Assembly: GCA_964598335.1 (NCBI GenBank)
Contig: CAZRBL010000008.1
Span: 3,343-67,342, forward strand
Direction of reading: 5' to 3'
DNA length: 64,000 nucleotides
Source of the DNA: an uncultured Rhodospirillales bacterium
GTDB taxonomy: Bacteria > Pseudomonadota > Alphaproteobacteria > CAZRBL01
Under the pieces are notes generated by a model. That model was not told where the DNA came from, made no database searches, and was given only the letters and a program-made list of their open reading frames with translations. The translations under genes and the position numbers were made by a program. Shown here piece after piece: positions 51,317 to 64,000 of this stretch. Within the stretch, counting starts at the first letter, position 1, and every line of letters starts with the position of its first letter.

Positions 51317-52453
51317 ATGATGTCGCGCTCTGTCTTCAGAATCCTTTCGGCTGCGCTGCTCCCGGCGGCGATGCTGTGCTTTGCTGTGCAATCGGCAAGC
51401 GCACAGCAGGCGACGCAGGTCGGCGTCGACGTCGTGAGCCGGACAGATGTCGAGCAGACCTTTCCGGTAATCGGGCGACTTGTCCCGCGCCGCAGCGGTA
51501 CCGTGGCGGCGCGGATCGAGGGCCCTGTCGAGCGTGTCGCGGTGGAGGTTGGCGACCGTGTCGAGGCCGGAGCGGTGCTGGCGGTGATCGACCGGGCGCG
51601 GCTCGAGCTCGAACGGCAATTGGCGCAGGCCGATCTCGATCAGGCAAGAGCGCAGATTCAAGTGGCGGAGGCGCGGTTGGGCCAGGCCGAGCTGACACTG
51701 GCGCGGCTCGACGGTTTGCGCGATTCCGCCGCCTTTTCACCGGCTCGTTTCGAGGATGCCGAACAATCCGTGGTTACCGCGCAGCGTGAGGTGGTTGAGG
51801 CACGCGCCGTGGCGGCGCGGCGCGAAGCCGAGCTGGGCCTTGCGCGCCTCGATCTTGAGCGCGCTGAGGTGCGGGCCCCTTATGACGGTGTCGTCACCCA
51901 GCGCCATACCGAAGCCGGTGCCTATATCACGCGCGGCGCGCCGATCGTCGATATGCTGGATGAGAACGCGTTGGAGATTGAAGCCGACGTACCGGTCGAC
52001 CGTCTTGTCGGGCTTGCCCCTGGGACGACGGTCAGCGCCCGCTTTGAAATCGGCGCGGCGTCGATCCCGGCCCGCATCCGGGCGATTGTCCCGCAGGAGA
52101 ATCCATTGACCCGAACCCGGGCCGTGCGCTTCGAGCTGGACCATGCGGCGGCGGCCCGCGAGCGCATTATCGCGCCGGCGGCAGAGCAGAGCGTTACCGT
52201 CGATTTGCCGGCCGGTTTGCGCGGCCAGCGTCCGACGGTTCACAAGGATGCGATCACACGGACGCCGAGCGGCTTTCAGGTCTTCATCGCGATGCCTGAC
52301 GGGGTTGCGATGCCGCGTAATGTCAGCATCGGTCGCGCTGTCGGCAATCGCTTCGAGGTCATGGATGGGCTCGAGACCGGCGACATTGTCGTCATTCGCG
52401 GCAATGAGCGGCTGAGACCGGGTCAGCGCATCACTTACGAAAAACCCGGATAG
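51317..52453 (+). CDS. RND efflux periplasmic adaptor (MFP)
   Basis: Lipoyl-like GDRVEAG motif, coiled coil, RAPYDGVV and TRT motif. Confidence 0.92.
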   Translation: MMSRSVFRILSAALLPAAMLCFAVQSASAQQATQVGVDVVSRTDVEQTFPVIGRLVPRRSGTVAARIEGPVERVAVEVGDRVEAGAVLAVIDRARLELERQLAQADLDQARAQIQVAEARLGQAELTLARLDGLRDSAAFSPARFEDAEQSVVTAQREVVEARAVAARREAELGLARLDLERAEVRAPYDGVVTQRHTEAGAYITRGAPIVDMLDENALEIEADVPVDRLVGLAPGTTVSARFEIGAASIPARIRAIVPQENPLTRTRAVRFELDHAAAARERIIAPAAEQSVTVDLPAGLRGQRPTVHKDAITRTPSGFQVFIAMPDGVAMPRNVSIGRAVGNRFEVMDGLETGDIVVIRGNERLRPGQRITYEKPG

Positions 52454-52470
52454 GACGTATATCACCGCCA

Positions 52471-55400
52471 ATGGATATCGTGCGCATCGCTATTGCCCGA
52501 CCGATCGCCGTGATCGCCGCGGTGATCATGGTTGTCATGTTCGGCCTCGCCGCCTTGCTGTCGATCCCGATCCAGTTGGCGCCCGATGTGAACAACCCGG
52601 TCATCGTCGTTTCGACGAATTGGCCCGGGGCGGCACCCGAAGAGATAGAGCGCGAAATCGTCAATCGGCAGGAAGACAAGCTGCGCGGCCTTGAGGGTCT
52701 CGAAAGCATGGAAAGCAGGTCGCGCCGTGGTCAGGGTGAAATCTCGCTGGAGTTTCGCGTCGGTCAGGATATGGATCGGGCACTGATGCTGGTCGCGAAC
52801 CGCCTTGACCGCGTCGAGAGCTATCCGGACGAGGCCGATGAGCCGGTGCTGGGCACCAGCTCGAATGATGATCAGCCCTTTGCCCGCTTCATGATCCGGG
52901 CGGCGCCGGGTAATGAGCGCGATATCGATTCCTATGGCGACTGGATCGAAGACAATCTGGTCGATCCGATCGAGCGCCTTGACGGTGTTTCAAGCATTCG
53001 CGTGCTCGGCGGCCGCGAGCGCGAAATGGTCGTCGATATCGAGCCGACACGGCTGGCACGATACAATCTGACCGTCGGCGAAGTCGTCAATGCGCTGCGC
53101 GGCGCCAATATTTCCGCCTCTGCAGGCGATGTCGATGAAGGCAAGCGGCGCTATACGGTGCGCACGGAGGGTGATTTCGAGCGGCTCGAGCAGGTCGCCG
53201 CGACGGTTCTGCGTTCCGAACGTGATCCCCTGACGGGCAGGATCAGCCGGGTCACAGTCGGCGACATCGCCGATGTCCGCTTCGATTTGAAGGAACGCAA
53301 TGCGCGGCTGCGCTATCTCGGCGAGCCGGCGATTTCCATGTGGGTGCGGCCCGAGCAGGGCGCCAATATCGTCAGTACGATGGACCAGATACGCGCCGAA
53401 TTGCCGGCGCTGACGGCGCGTGCCGAGGCCAATGATCTGGTGCTCGTCCTGGTCTCCGACGACACCCAGTATATCGATCAGGCCATCGCTCTGGTGACCC
53501 AGAATATCTGGGTCGGCGGGACTCTGGCGGCCGTCGTTCTGCTGCTGTTTCTAAGGTCGGGTCGGGCGACCGCAATCATTGCCATCGCCATGCCGATATC
53601 GGTTATCGGCGCCTTCGTCGCCATGGCGGCGCTGGGCCGCTCGATCAATGTGATTTCGCTTGCCGGCATGGCCTTCGCCATCGGTATGGTGGTCGATGCC
53701 GCCATCGTCGTGCTTGAGAACATCTACCGCCTGCGCAAATCCGGGCTGCCGGCGGCCGAGGCAGCTTATCGCGGCGCGAAACAGGTCTGGGGCGCCATTC
53801 TGGTATCTGCGCTGACCACCGTGATGGTGTTCATCCCCATCCTGGTGATGGAGCTGGAGGTCGGTCAGCTTTTCCGTGACATTGCCGTGGCCATTTCGGT
53901 CTCGGTGCTGCTGTCGCTGATCGTGGCGACGACGGTGATCCCTGCGCTGTCAGCGCGGATGCTGCAGCGACCGCTCGGCGATGGGAAGAAAGCCGGCTCC
54001 GGGCCGTTCGGCCCCGTTTTGCGGGCGGCCGACGGATTTGGCGGCGCTGTTTCGGGCGTGATCCTGAGGCAGACGGACCGCGTGCTGGCGCATCGCGGCC
54101 TCGCGCTGGGGGTCGTTGCTGTCGTTACCCTGGCGTGTGCCGCGCTGACCTATCTGCTGCTGCCGAAACTTGAATATCTGCCGGAGGGCAATCGCGCCTG
54201 GATCGGCGGCTTCGTTCAATCGCCGCCGGGCTACAATCTCGATACGGTTCAGGAAATCGTCACCGAAGTCGAGGCCGCTGTACGTCCGTATTTTTCAACC
54301 GAGACCGGCTTTGAAGACGCGCCCGACGGGATGCCCAAAATCGCCGATTTCTTCGTCGTTGCGCTCACCACCGGCTCCTATATCGGCTTCGATACCGTCG
54401 ATCCCGAGCGGGTGGGCGAATTGGCGCCGGTGGTCTCTGAAGCGGTTTTCCGCGAGCCCGGAACTTTCGGATTCTTCTCCCGTTCCTCGCTGTTCGGTCG
54501 CGGCGTCGGCGGGGCCCGCGCCATCGATATCGATATCTCCGGCCCCGACCTCGAGGTGCTGCTCCAGCTTGCCTTGCGCGGGACCGGCTTGATTTCGGAC
54601 GTGCTGCCGCGCTCGGAGGGGACGCAGATCAATCCCCGTCCGGGGCTCGAACTCGGTGCGCCACAGGTCCGCGTGGTGCCGGACCGGGTACGACTGGCCG
54701 ATGCCGGTGTAAGCGCGCGCGAACTGGCCACCGCAATCGATGCCTTTAATGACGGCATTCGCGTTGCCGAAATCACCGTTGAGGGCGAACGGATGGATCT
54801 GACGCTGACCGGACGCGTTCAAGAAGTCAGCGAAACCCAGGGCATCGGCGCCCTGCCGGTGGTGACGCCTTCGGGCGAGATTTTGCCGGTCTCCAGCCTG
54901 GCCACGGTCGAAGTTACCGCCGGACCGACGCAGATCCTGCGCAAGGAAAGGCTTCGGACGGTGACGCTTTCGGTCAGGCCGACTGAGGCGCTGGCGTTGG
55001 AAGAGGCGCTGGAGATCATCGAAGCCGATGTGATTGCCCCCCTGGCGGCTGAAGGGCTCGATGGCAGCGGCTTGCCCGAGGGGGTCACGATCGGCCTTAG
55101 CGGCACCGCGGACAAGCTGACCGAAACCTGGAATGCGATGCTGTTCGACCTTCTGCTGGCAATCGTCATCGTCTATCTCGTGATGGCCGTGTTGCTGGAG
55201 AATTTCGCCTATCCGCTGCTGATCATGATCGCGGTCCCGCTGGCGACCGCGGGCGGCGTTGTCGGGCTCGGCATCCTCAACCTGTTCGTCAATCAGCCGC
55301 TCGATATGCTGACCATGCTCGGCTTCGTCATTCTGATCGGCATCGTCGTCAACAACGCGATCCTGCTGATTCACCAGTCCCTGCACGGCATTCGCGACAA

Positions 55401-55701
55401 CGGACTTGCGATCAGCGATGCGATCCGTGAGGCGACGAGAACACGGATCCGGCCGATTTTCATGTCGACCCTGACAAGCGTCTTCGGAATGATGCCGCTG
55501 GTCGTTTTCCCCGGCGCCGGCTCCGAGCTTTATCGGGGGCTGGGCTCTGTGGTGCTCGGCGGTCTTGCCTTGTCGGCGATCCTGACGCTGCTGATCATCC
55601 CGTCACTGCTGTCGCTGACGATGGCGACCATTGAGGGCCGCGGGGCGCGCAAACAGCCTGCGCAAGCGCCCGCTGCGGGCGTTCCGGACGCCGCCGAATA
55701 G
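52471..55701 (+). CDS. RND efflux permease (AcrB family)
   Basis: 1076 aa; GMVVDAAIVVLENI, GIVVNNAILL and RIRPIFMST. Confidence 0.95.
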   Translation: MDIVRIAIARPIAVIAAVIMVVMFGLAALLSIPIQLAPDVNNPVIVVSTNWPGAAPEEIEREIVNRQEDKLRGLEGLESMESRSRRGQGEISLEFRVGQDMDRALMLVANRLDRVESYPDEADEPVLGTSSNDDQPFARFMIRAAPGNERDIDSYGDWIEDNLVDPIERLDGVSSIRVLGGREREMVVDIEPTRLARYNLTVGEVVNALRGANISASAGDVDEGKRRYTVRTEGDFERLEQVAATVLRSERDPLTGRISRVTVGDIADVRFDLKERNARLRYLGEPAISMWVRPEQGANIVSTMDQIRAELPALTARAEANDLVLVLVSDDTQYIDQAIALVTQNIWVGGTLAAVVLLLFLRSGRATAIIAIAMPISVIGAFVAMAALGRSINVISLAGMAFAIGMVVDAAIVVLENIYRLRKSGLPAAEAAYRGAKQVWGAILVSALTTVMVFIPILVMELEVGQLFRDIAVAISVSVLLSLIVATTVIPALSARMLQRPLGDGKKAGSGPFGPVLRAADGFGGAVSGVILRQTDRVLAHRGLALGVVAVVTLACAALTYLLLPKLEYLPEGNRAWIGGFVQSPPGYNLDTVQEIVTEVEAAVRPYFSTETGFEDAPDGMPKIADFFVVALTTGSYIGFDTVDPERVGELAPVVSEAVFREPGTFGFFSRSSLFGRGVGGARAIDIDISGPDLEVLLQLALRGTGLISDVLPRSEGTQINPRPGLELGAPQVRVVPDRVRLADAGVSARELATAIDAFNDGIRVAEITVEGERMDLTLTGRVQEVSETQGIGALPVVTPSGEILPVSSLATVEVTAGPTQILRKERLRTVTLSVRPTEALALEEALEIIEADVIAPLAAEGLDGSGLPEGVTIGLSGTADKLTETWNAMLFDLLLAIVIVYLVMAVLLENFAYPLLIMIAVPLATAGGVVGLGILNLFVNQPLDMLTMLGFVILIGIVVNNAILLIHQSLHGIRDNGLAISDAIREATRTRIRPIFMSTLTSVFGMMPLVVFPGAGSELYRGLGSVVLGGLALSAILTLLIIPSLLSLTMATIEGRGARKQPAQAPAAGVPDAAE

Positions 55702-55858
55702 CGCCCCTGGATGTCCGGCCCGCGGGGGGCGGACATAACCCCATACTTTTGTATGAGTTTTCCCGTATTTTTAGGTATCAGGTAAGACTTTATTAAGCAC
55801 CATACTTCGATATCTTGGGTGGCAAACTGTTGTATGGGCTACCCTTGGAGTACAAATT

Positions 55859-56212
55859 ATGTCTTTGATAAAGCTTACAGAATCGAGCAAAGCAGCGAGT
55901 TCCGCCCTAAAGGCCATGGCCAATGAGAAAAGGCTGACCATTCTCGCAATCCTGAGCGAGGGCGAACATTCGGTCGGACAGCTCGAAAGTATGGTCGATC
56001 TCAGCCAGTCCGCCCTGTCCCAGCATCTCGCAAGGCTGCGTCGCGATCGCCTGGTGCAGACCCGCCGCGATGCGCAGACGATCTATTACTCACTGAATGG
56101 CGAGGTTGCGGGCCGCATCATGCAGACGCTGTGTGATCTGTTCACGGACAGCCCCCCTGCCGGCCGAACCAGCTATTTCACGCCAAATGGCGTGAGCGCA
56201 GTTTCAGCCTGA
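55859..56212 (+). CDS. ArsR/SmtB family regulator (NolR/HlyU-like)
   Basis: [24 protein letters not shown] and [12 protein letters not shown]. Confidence 0.9.
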   Translation: MSLIKLTESSKAASSALKAMANEKRLTILAILSEGEHSVGQLESMVDLSQSALSQHLARLRRDRLVQTRRDAQTIYYSLNGEVAGRIMQTLCDLFTDSPPAGRTSYFTPNGVSAVSA

Positions 56213-57395
56213 GCGCCGTCAGCTTGATAAAGCCTTCGGCATCAGCCTGATCGTAGCTGCTGTCCTCCTCGAAGGTGGCTGCGTCGGCGTCATAAAGTGA
56301 GAAGGGCGATTTGCGCCCTTCCACGATCACATTGCCCTTGTGCAGCCTGAGGCGCACGGTGCCGGTCACGGTCTTCTGCGTCTCGTCGATCAGCGCCTGA
56401 AGCGCTTCGCGCTCCGGGCTGAACCACAGCCCGTTATAGATCAATTCCGCATAGCGAGGCATGATTTCATCCTTGAGATGCGCGGCGGCGCGATCGAGCG
56501 TGATGCTCTCCATCGCCCGATGCGCCGCCAAAAGCACGGTGCCCCCAGGGGTCTCGTACACGCCGCGGCTCTTCATCCCGACAAAGCGGTTCTCCACCAT
56601 ATCCAGCCGGCCGATGCCGTGGCGCCCGGCGCGGATATTGAGGTCTGTCAGCAGCGCGGCGGGCGTCAGTTTTTCATCATTGACCGCCACCGGATCGCCG
56701 TTCTCGAAATCGATGGTGATGATTTCCGGCTCATCGGGTGCGTTTGCGATGCTGACGCTGCGGGTGAACATGTCCTCGCTCGGGCCGATCCAGGGGTCTT
56801 CCAGGGCGCGGCCTTCATAGGAAATGTGCAGCAGATTGGCGTCGGTGCTGTAGGGCGGTTCATCCAGCTTGTCGCGCGGGATCGGAATCTGGTTCTTCTC
56901 GGCATAATCCAGCAGCTTGGTGCGGCTGTTCAGATCCCATTCGCGCCAGGGTGCAATGACCGTGATGCCGGGTTCCAGCGCGTAATAGCCGAGCTCGAAG
57001 CGCACCTGATCATTGCCCTTGCCGGTTGCGCCATGCGCCACCGCCTCGGCGCCGACCTGCCGCGCGATTTCGATCTGCCGCTTGGCGATCAGCGGCCGCG
57101 CGATCGAGGTGCCGAGCAGATAGACGCCCTCATAGAGCGCATTGGCGCGGAACATCGGGAAGACGTAATCGCGCACGAACTCTTCCCGCAGATCGTCGAT
57201 GAAGATATTCTCTTCCCTGATCCCCATCTGGCGCGCCTTGGCGCGTGCGGGTTCAACCTCTTCGCCCTGGCCGAGATCGGCGGTAAAGGTAACCACCTCG
57301 CAGCCATAGGCATCTTGCAGCCATTTCAGGATGACGCTGGTATCGAGCCCGCCGGAATAGGCGAGGACGACTTTGTTGATGTCTTTCTTGCTCAT
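56178..57395 (-). CDS. argG: Argininosuccinate synthase
   Basis: [24 protein letters not shown] and KSRGVYETP. Confidence 0.98.
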   Translation of the reverse strand: MSKKDINKVVLAYSGGLDTSVILKWLQDAYGCEVVTFTADLGQGEEVEPARAKARQMGIREENIFIDDLREEFVRDYVFPMFRANALYEGVYLLGTSIARPLIAKRQIEIARQVGAEAVAHGATGKGNDQVRFELGYYALEPGITVIAPWREWDLNSRTKLLDYAEKNQIPIPRDKLDEPPYSTDANLLHISYEGRALEDPWIGPSEDMFTRSVSIANAPDEPEIITIDFENGDPVAVNDEKLTPAALLTDLNIRAGRHGIGRLDMVENRFVGMKSRGVYETPGGTVLLAAHRAMESITLDRAAAHLKDEIMPRYAELIYNGLWFSPEREALQALIDETQKTVTGTVRLRLHKGNVIVEGRKSPFSLYDADAATFEEDSSYDQADAEGFIKLTALRLKLRSRHLA

Positions 57396-57431
57396 GACGG
57401 CTCCACCTAAACGACCGGGTGAGTCACCGCA

Positions 57432-58739
57432 ATGACCGATACGATCTTCGCCCTTGCCAGCGCTCCCGGCCGCGCCGGGGTCGCCGTTTTCCGGGTGTCG
57501 GGCTCCGAAGCCGGACGGGCGGTTGAAGGGCTGTCGGGAAAGCCGGTGCCCGAGGGGCGCAAAGCGGTTCTGCGGCAGCTATGGACTGCCGATGGCGCTG
57601 CCATCGATCAGGCGCTGGTGCTCTATTTCCCGGCGCCGCACAGCTTTACCGGCGAGGATGTCGCCGAATTCCACATCCATGGCGGCCCGGCGGTGATCGC
57701 GGCGCTCAGCGAGGCATTGGCGGTGCAGCCGGGTTGCCGCCCAGCCGAGCCGGGCGAGTTCAGCCGCCGCGCCTTTGAGAACGGCAAGCTCGATCTGACC
57801 CAGGCCGAAGCCATCGCCGATCTGGTTGATGCCGAAACCCAGGCGCAGCATCGGCAGGCACTGCGGCAAATGGAGGGTCAGCTTGGCGCGATTTATGAGG
57901 GCTGGCGCGCACGCCTGCTCAACGCGCTGGCGCATCTCGAGGCCGATATCGATTTTCCCGATGAAGATTTGCCCGATGAAATCGCGCCGGGCGTTCTCGA
58001 CGATGTCCGCGGCTTGAGCCTGGAACTGGCCGGGCATCTTGCCGATGCCCGCCGCGGCGAACGGATTCGAGAAGGCATTGCGGTGGCCGTGATCGGCCCG
58101 CCCAATGCGGGCAAGTCGAGCCTGATCAACGCGCTGGCCAAGCGCGATGTAGCGATCGTCAGCCCGCAACCCGGTACCACCCGCGATGTCATAGAGGTCC
58201 ACCTCAATCTCGGCGGCTATGCCGTGACGCTGGCCGATACGGCGGGGCTGCGTGAGGCTGCGGACAGCATTGAGGACGAAGGGGTGCGACGCGCTCTTCA
58301 GCGGGCCGAAACCGCTGATCTGCGCCTGATCGTCTTCGACGGCAGCATCGGCGACCCGGACGCGGCATTGCGCGCGCTGGCGAGTGAAAACGATCTGCTG
58401 ATTGCCAATAAGGCCGATCTGTTTGCCGTCGCCCCGGCGGGGGCGCTTGCGATCTCGGCCGCTGACGGTCGGGGGTTACCCGATCTGCTGGATGCCTTGA
58501 CCGCGCGCATCGCCGACAAATTCGCCGCGGCCGAAGCGCCGCCCCTGACGCGGTTGCGCCATCGTCTTGCGCTGCAGGATTGTGCCGAGGCGCTCGACCG
58601 CGCTTTGGTCGCGCCCGAGCTGGAACTCGCCGCCGAGGATGTCAGGCTTGCGGTCCGCGCTCTGGGCCGGATCACCGGCCGTGTCGATGTTGAAGACGTG
58701 CTCGACGCGATATTCCGGGATTTTTGTATCGGGAAATGA
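57432..58739 (+). CDS. mnmE: tRNA modification GTPase
   Basis: [28 protein letters not shown] and C-terminal FCIGK. Confidence 0.97.
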   Translation: MTDTIFALASAPGRAGVAVFRVSGSEAGRAVEGLSGKPVPEGRKAVLRQLWTADGAAIDQALVLYFPAPHSFTGEDVAEFHIHGGPAVIAALSEALAVQPGCRPAEPGEFSRRAFENGKLDLTQAEAIADLVDAETQAQHRQALRQMEGQLGAIYEGWRARLLNALAHLEADIDFPDEDLPDEIAPGVLDDVRGLSLELAGHLADARRGERIREGIAVAVIGPPNAGKSSLINALAKRDVAIVSPQPGTTRDVIEVHLNLGGYAVTLADTAGLREAADSIEDEGVRRALQRAETADLRLIVFDGSIGDPDAALRALASENDLLIANKADLFAVAPAGALAISAADGRGLPDLLDALTARIADKFAAAEAPPLTRLRHRLALQDCAEALDRALVAPELELAAEDVRLAVRALGRITGRVDVEDVLDAIFRDFCIGK

Positions 58740-58742
58740 CGA

Positions 58743-62478
<3,736 letters not shown>

Positions 62479-62585
62479 CGGACCGCGTATATAGGGTTGT
62501 CGGCTCCGCCCCTCACCCCCGCTTGCGGTCGGCATTATCCCGGTGGAGGTAGGGCAGGCGCGAGCCACGCAGCGGCGCTGCCGGG

Positions 62586-63404
62586 CTAGAACAAGGATTC
62601 CCAGGCGCGGCTGATGAAGCCGGGGCCGATATTGTCACCGCTGCCGGCGACCAGGCGGTAGCTGTCTCGATACCAGCGGCTTTCGGGGTAATTGTAACCG
62701 AGAACGGCGGCGGCCTTTTGCGCTTCCTCTTGCAAGCCCAGCGCAATGAAGCATTCGACCAGCCGATGCAGCGCCTCGGGCGTGTGGCTGGTCGTTTCAT
62801 AGTCTTCGATGACCTTCTGAAAGCGATTGATGGCCGCATTGTATTGCCGGCGCGACATGTAAAACCGTCCGACTTCCATCGATTTCCCCGCCAGGTGATC
62901 GAGCGTCAGATCGATCTTGAGCTGCGCATCCCGCGCATAGGGCGTGTTGGGGAAGCGGCGGATGACGTCGCGCAGGCCGTTCAAGGCAAGCTGCGTCATC
63001 TCCTGATCGCGGCGGACATCGGAGATCTGTTCGTAATAGCTGATCGCTTTGAGGTAATAGGCGTAGGGAACGTCGCGATTGCCCGGGTGCAGTTCGACAA
63101 AGCGATCAAGGGCGCCGATCGCTTCGTCATATCGCAAGCCGCGATAATGGGCGTAAGCGGCCATCAGCTTGGCCTTGGTCGCCCATTGCGAATAGGGGTG
63201 CTGGCGCTCGACCTCATTGAACAGCGCCGAGGCGCGGCGATAGCGGCCGCGTTCCAGCTCCTCATAGGCCAGGTTGTAAATGACCCCAACGGGGCGCTCG
63301 ACAAAATCGATGATCTCGTCGTCGCGTTCATCGCCGGCGCAGGCCGAAAGGCCGAGGCCGAGCAGGCACAGAAGAACAAGCCTGGAGAAGAATCCGAATT
63401 GCAT
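62586..63404 (-). CDS. bamD: Outer membrane protein assembly factor BamD
   Basis: Lipobox LSAC; TPR pattern EVERQHPYS...RDQ...; lpxC-bamD-recN-ligA synteny. Confidence 0.95.
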   Translation of the reverse strand: MQFGFFSRLVLLCLLGLGLSACAGDERDDEIIDFVERPVGVIYNLAYEELERGRYRRASALFNEVERQHPYSQWATKAKLMAAYAHYRGLRYDEAIGALDRFVELHPGNRDVPYAYYLKAISYYEQISDVRRDQEMTQLALNGLRDVIRRFPNTPYARDAQLKIDLTLDHLAGKSMEVGRFYMSRRQYNAAINRFQKVIEDYETTSHTPEALHRLVECFIALGLQEEAQKAAAVLGYNYPESRWYRDSYRLVAGSGDNIGPGFISRAWESLF

Positions 63405-63464
63405 GCTGTCGATATAGCGCCGGTGAAAAATCACCGCCAGAGCAGCGCGCCATCGCGGCAAAAA

Positions 63465-64000
63465 TCAGGCGGCGTGTTTTGTCTGCGGTGCGGCAAGAGG
63501 CATGTCGCGCCAGCGATAGGCGCTTTTATCGGCGAACAGCGCGCGCAACAGCAGGTTATTCAGGCGGTGGCCGCTGCGGACGCCGTCAAACCGGCCGAGC
63601 AGGCGGCCGCCGCACAAGGCAATATCGCCGATCGCGTCGAGCAATTTGTGCCGTGCGGGCTCGTCGGCAAAGCGCAAGCCTCCGGCATTGACCACCCGGT
63701 CGCCGTCAAAGACCAGGGCGTTGTCGAGCGATCCGCCCCTGATCAGCCCGGCCGCGCGCATGGAGTCGATATCGCGTTTGAGGCAGAAAGTACGGGCAGG
63801 CCCGATGGTTTCGCCGAAGGCATCGCAATCAAGCACGAAAACGGCGCTTTGCCGACCGATGCTGGCGGCATCGAAGGCGATATCGGTGCTGAACACCGTT
63901 CGGGCCGACGGTGACAGGCTCGCCGTGCTGCCGTCCTCGGCGACGGTAACAGGCTTTCGTATTTCGAGGCAGCGGCGTTTGCCGTCTTGCCGAAGCGGCT
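63465..64000 (-). CDS. lpxC: UDP-3-O-acyl-GlcNAc deacetylase (partial, 5' end outside the window)
   Basis: ARTF, GGSLDNA, HKLLDAIGD and SGH motifs. Confidence 0.93.
   Translation of the reverse strand, partial: PLRQDGKRRCLEIRKPVTVAEDGSTASLSPSARTVFSTDIAFDAASIGRQSAVFVLDCDAFGETIGPARTFCLKRDIDSMRAAGLIRGGSLDNALVFDGDRVVNAGGLRFADEPARHKLLDAIGDIALCGGRLLGRFDGVRSGHRLNNLLLRALFADKSAYRWRDMPLAAPQTKHAA

Noticed and set aside
52471-55701. Degenerate proton-relay residues in the RND pump (VVDAA, VNNAIL) and no TolC gene
   Set aside because: Both are common variants among RND subfamilies, and TolC is often encoded elsewhere.

Overview
GC-rich alphaproteobacterial chromosome segment, mostly core genes: guaB-rsmB-GNAT-guaA, rlmE, phoH, dsbD-redoxin, nrdB, dnaN, dnaA, rpsT, mutM, fabI, aroC, argG, mnmE, and the dcw-cluster tail lpxC-bamD-recN-ligA. 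These are interleaved with catabolic and transport genes (M14 peptidase, Ala-Glu epimerase, TonB receptor, amidohydrolase, MFS, FNT, Kef, RND). I saw no rRNA, tRNA, CRISPR array, transposase, integrase or phage gene. The most interesting signals are: (1) a lysophospholipase-like alpha/beta hydrolase fused to a His...NCxxF papain-like (permuted NlpC/P60-type) domain; (2) a ~145-nt promoter-to-terminator structured leader upstream of phoH (candidate riboswitch, attenuator or sRNA); (3) an orphan with DUF4406/nucleoside-deoxyribosyltransferase-like motifs behind a near-consensus promoter with Pho-box-like repeats; (4) further single orphan genes inserted into normally conserved gene pairs; (5) regulatory and repeat elements: EcfG-type promoters, NrdR and DnaA boxes, a NolR-type box, a REP doublet and a perfect 30-bp G-rich inverted repeat. 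All family assignments come from reading motifs by eye; no database searches were run.
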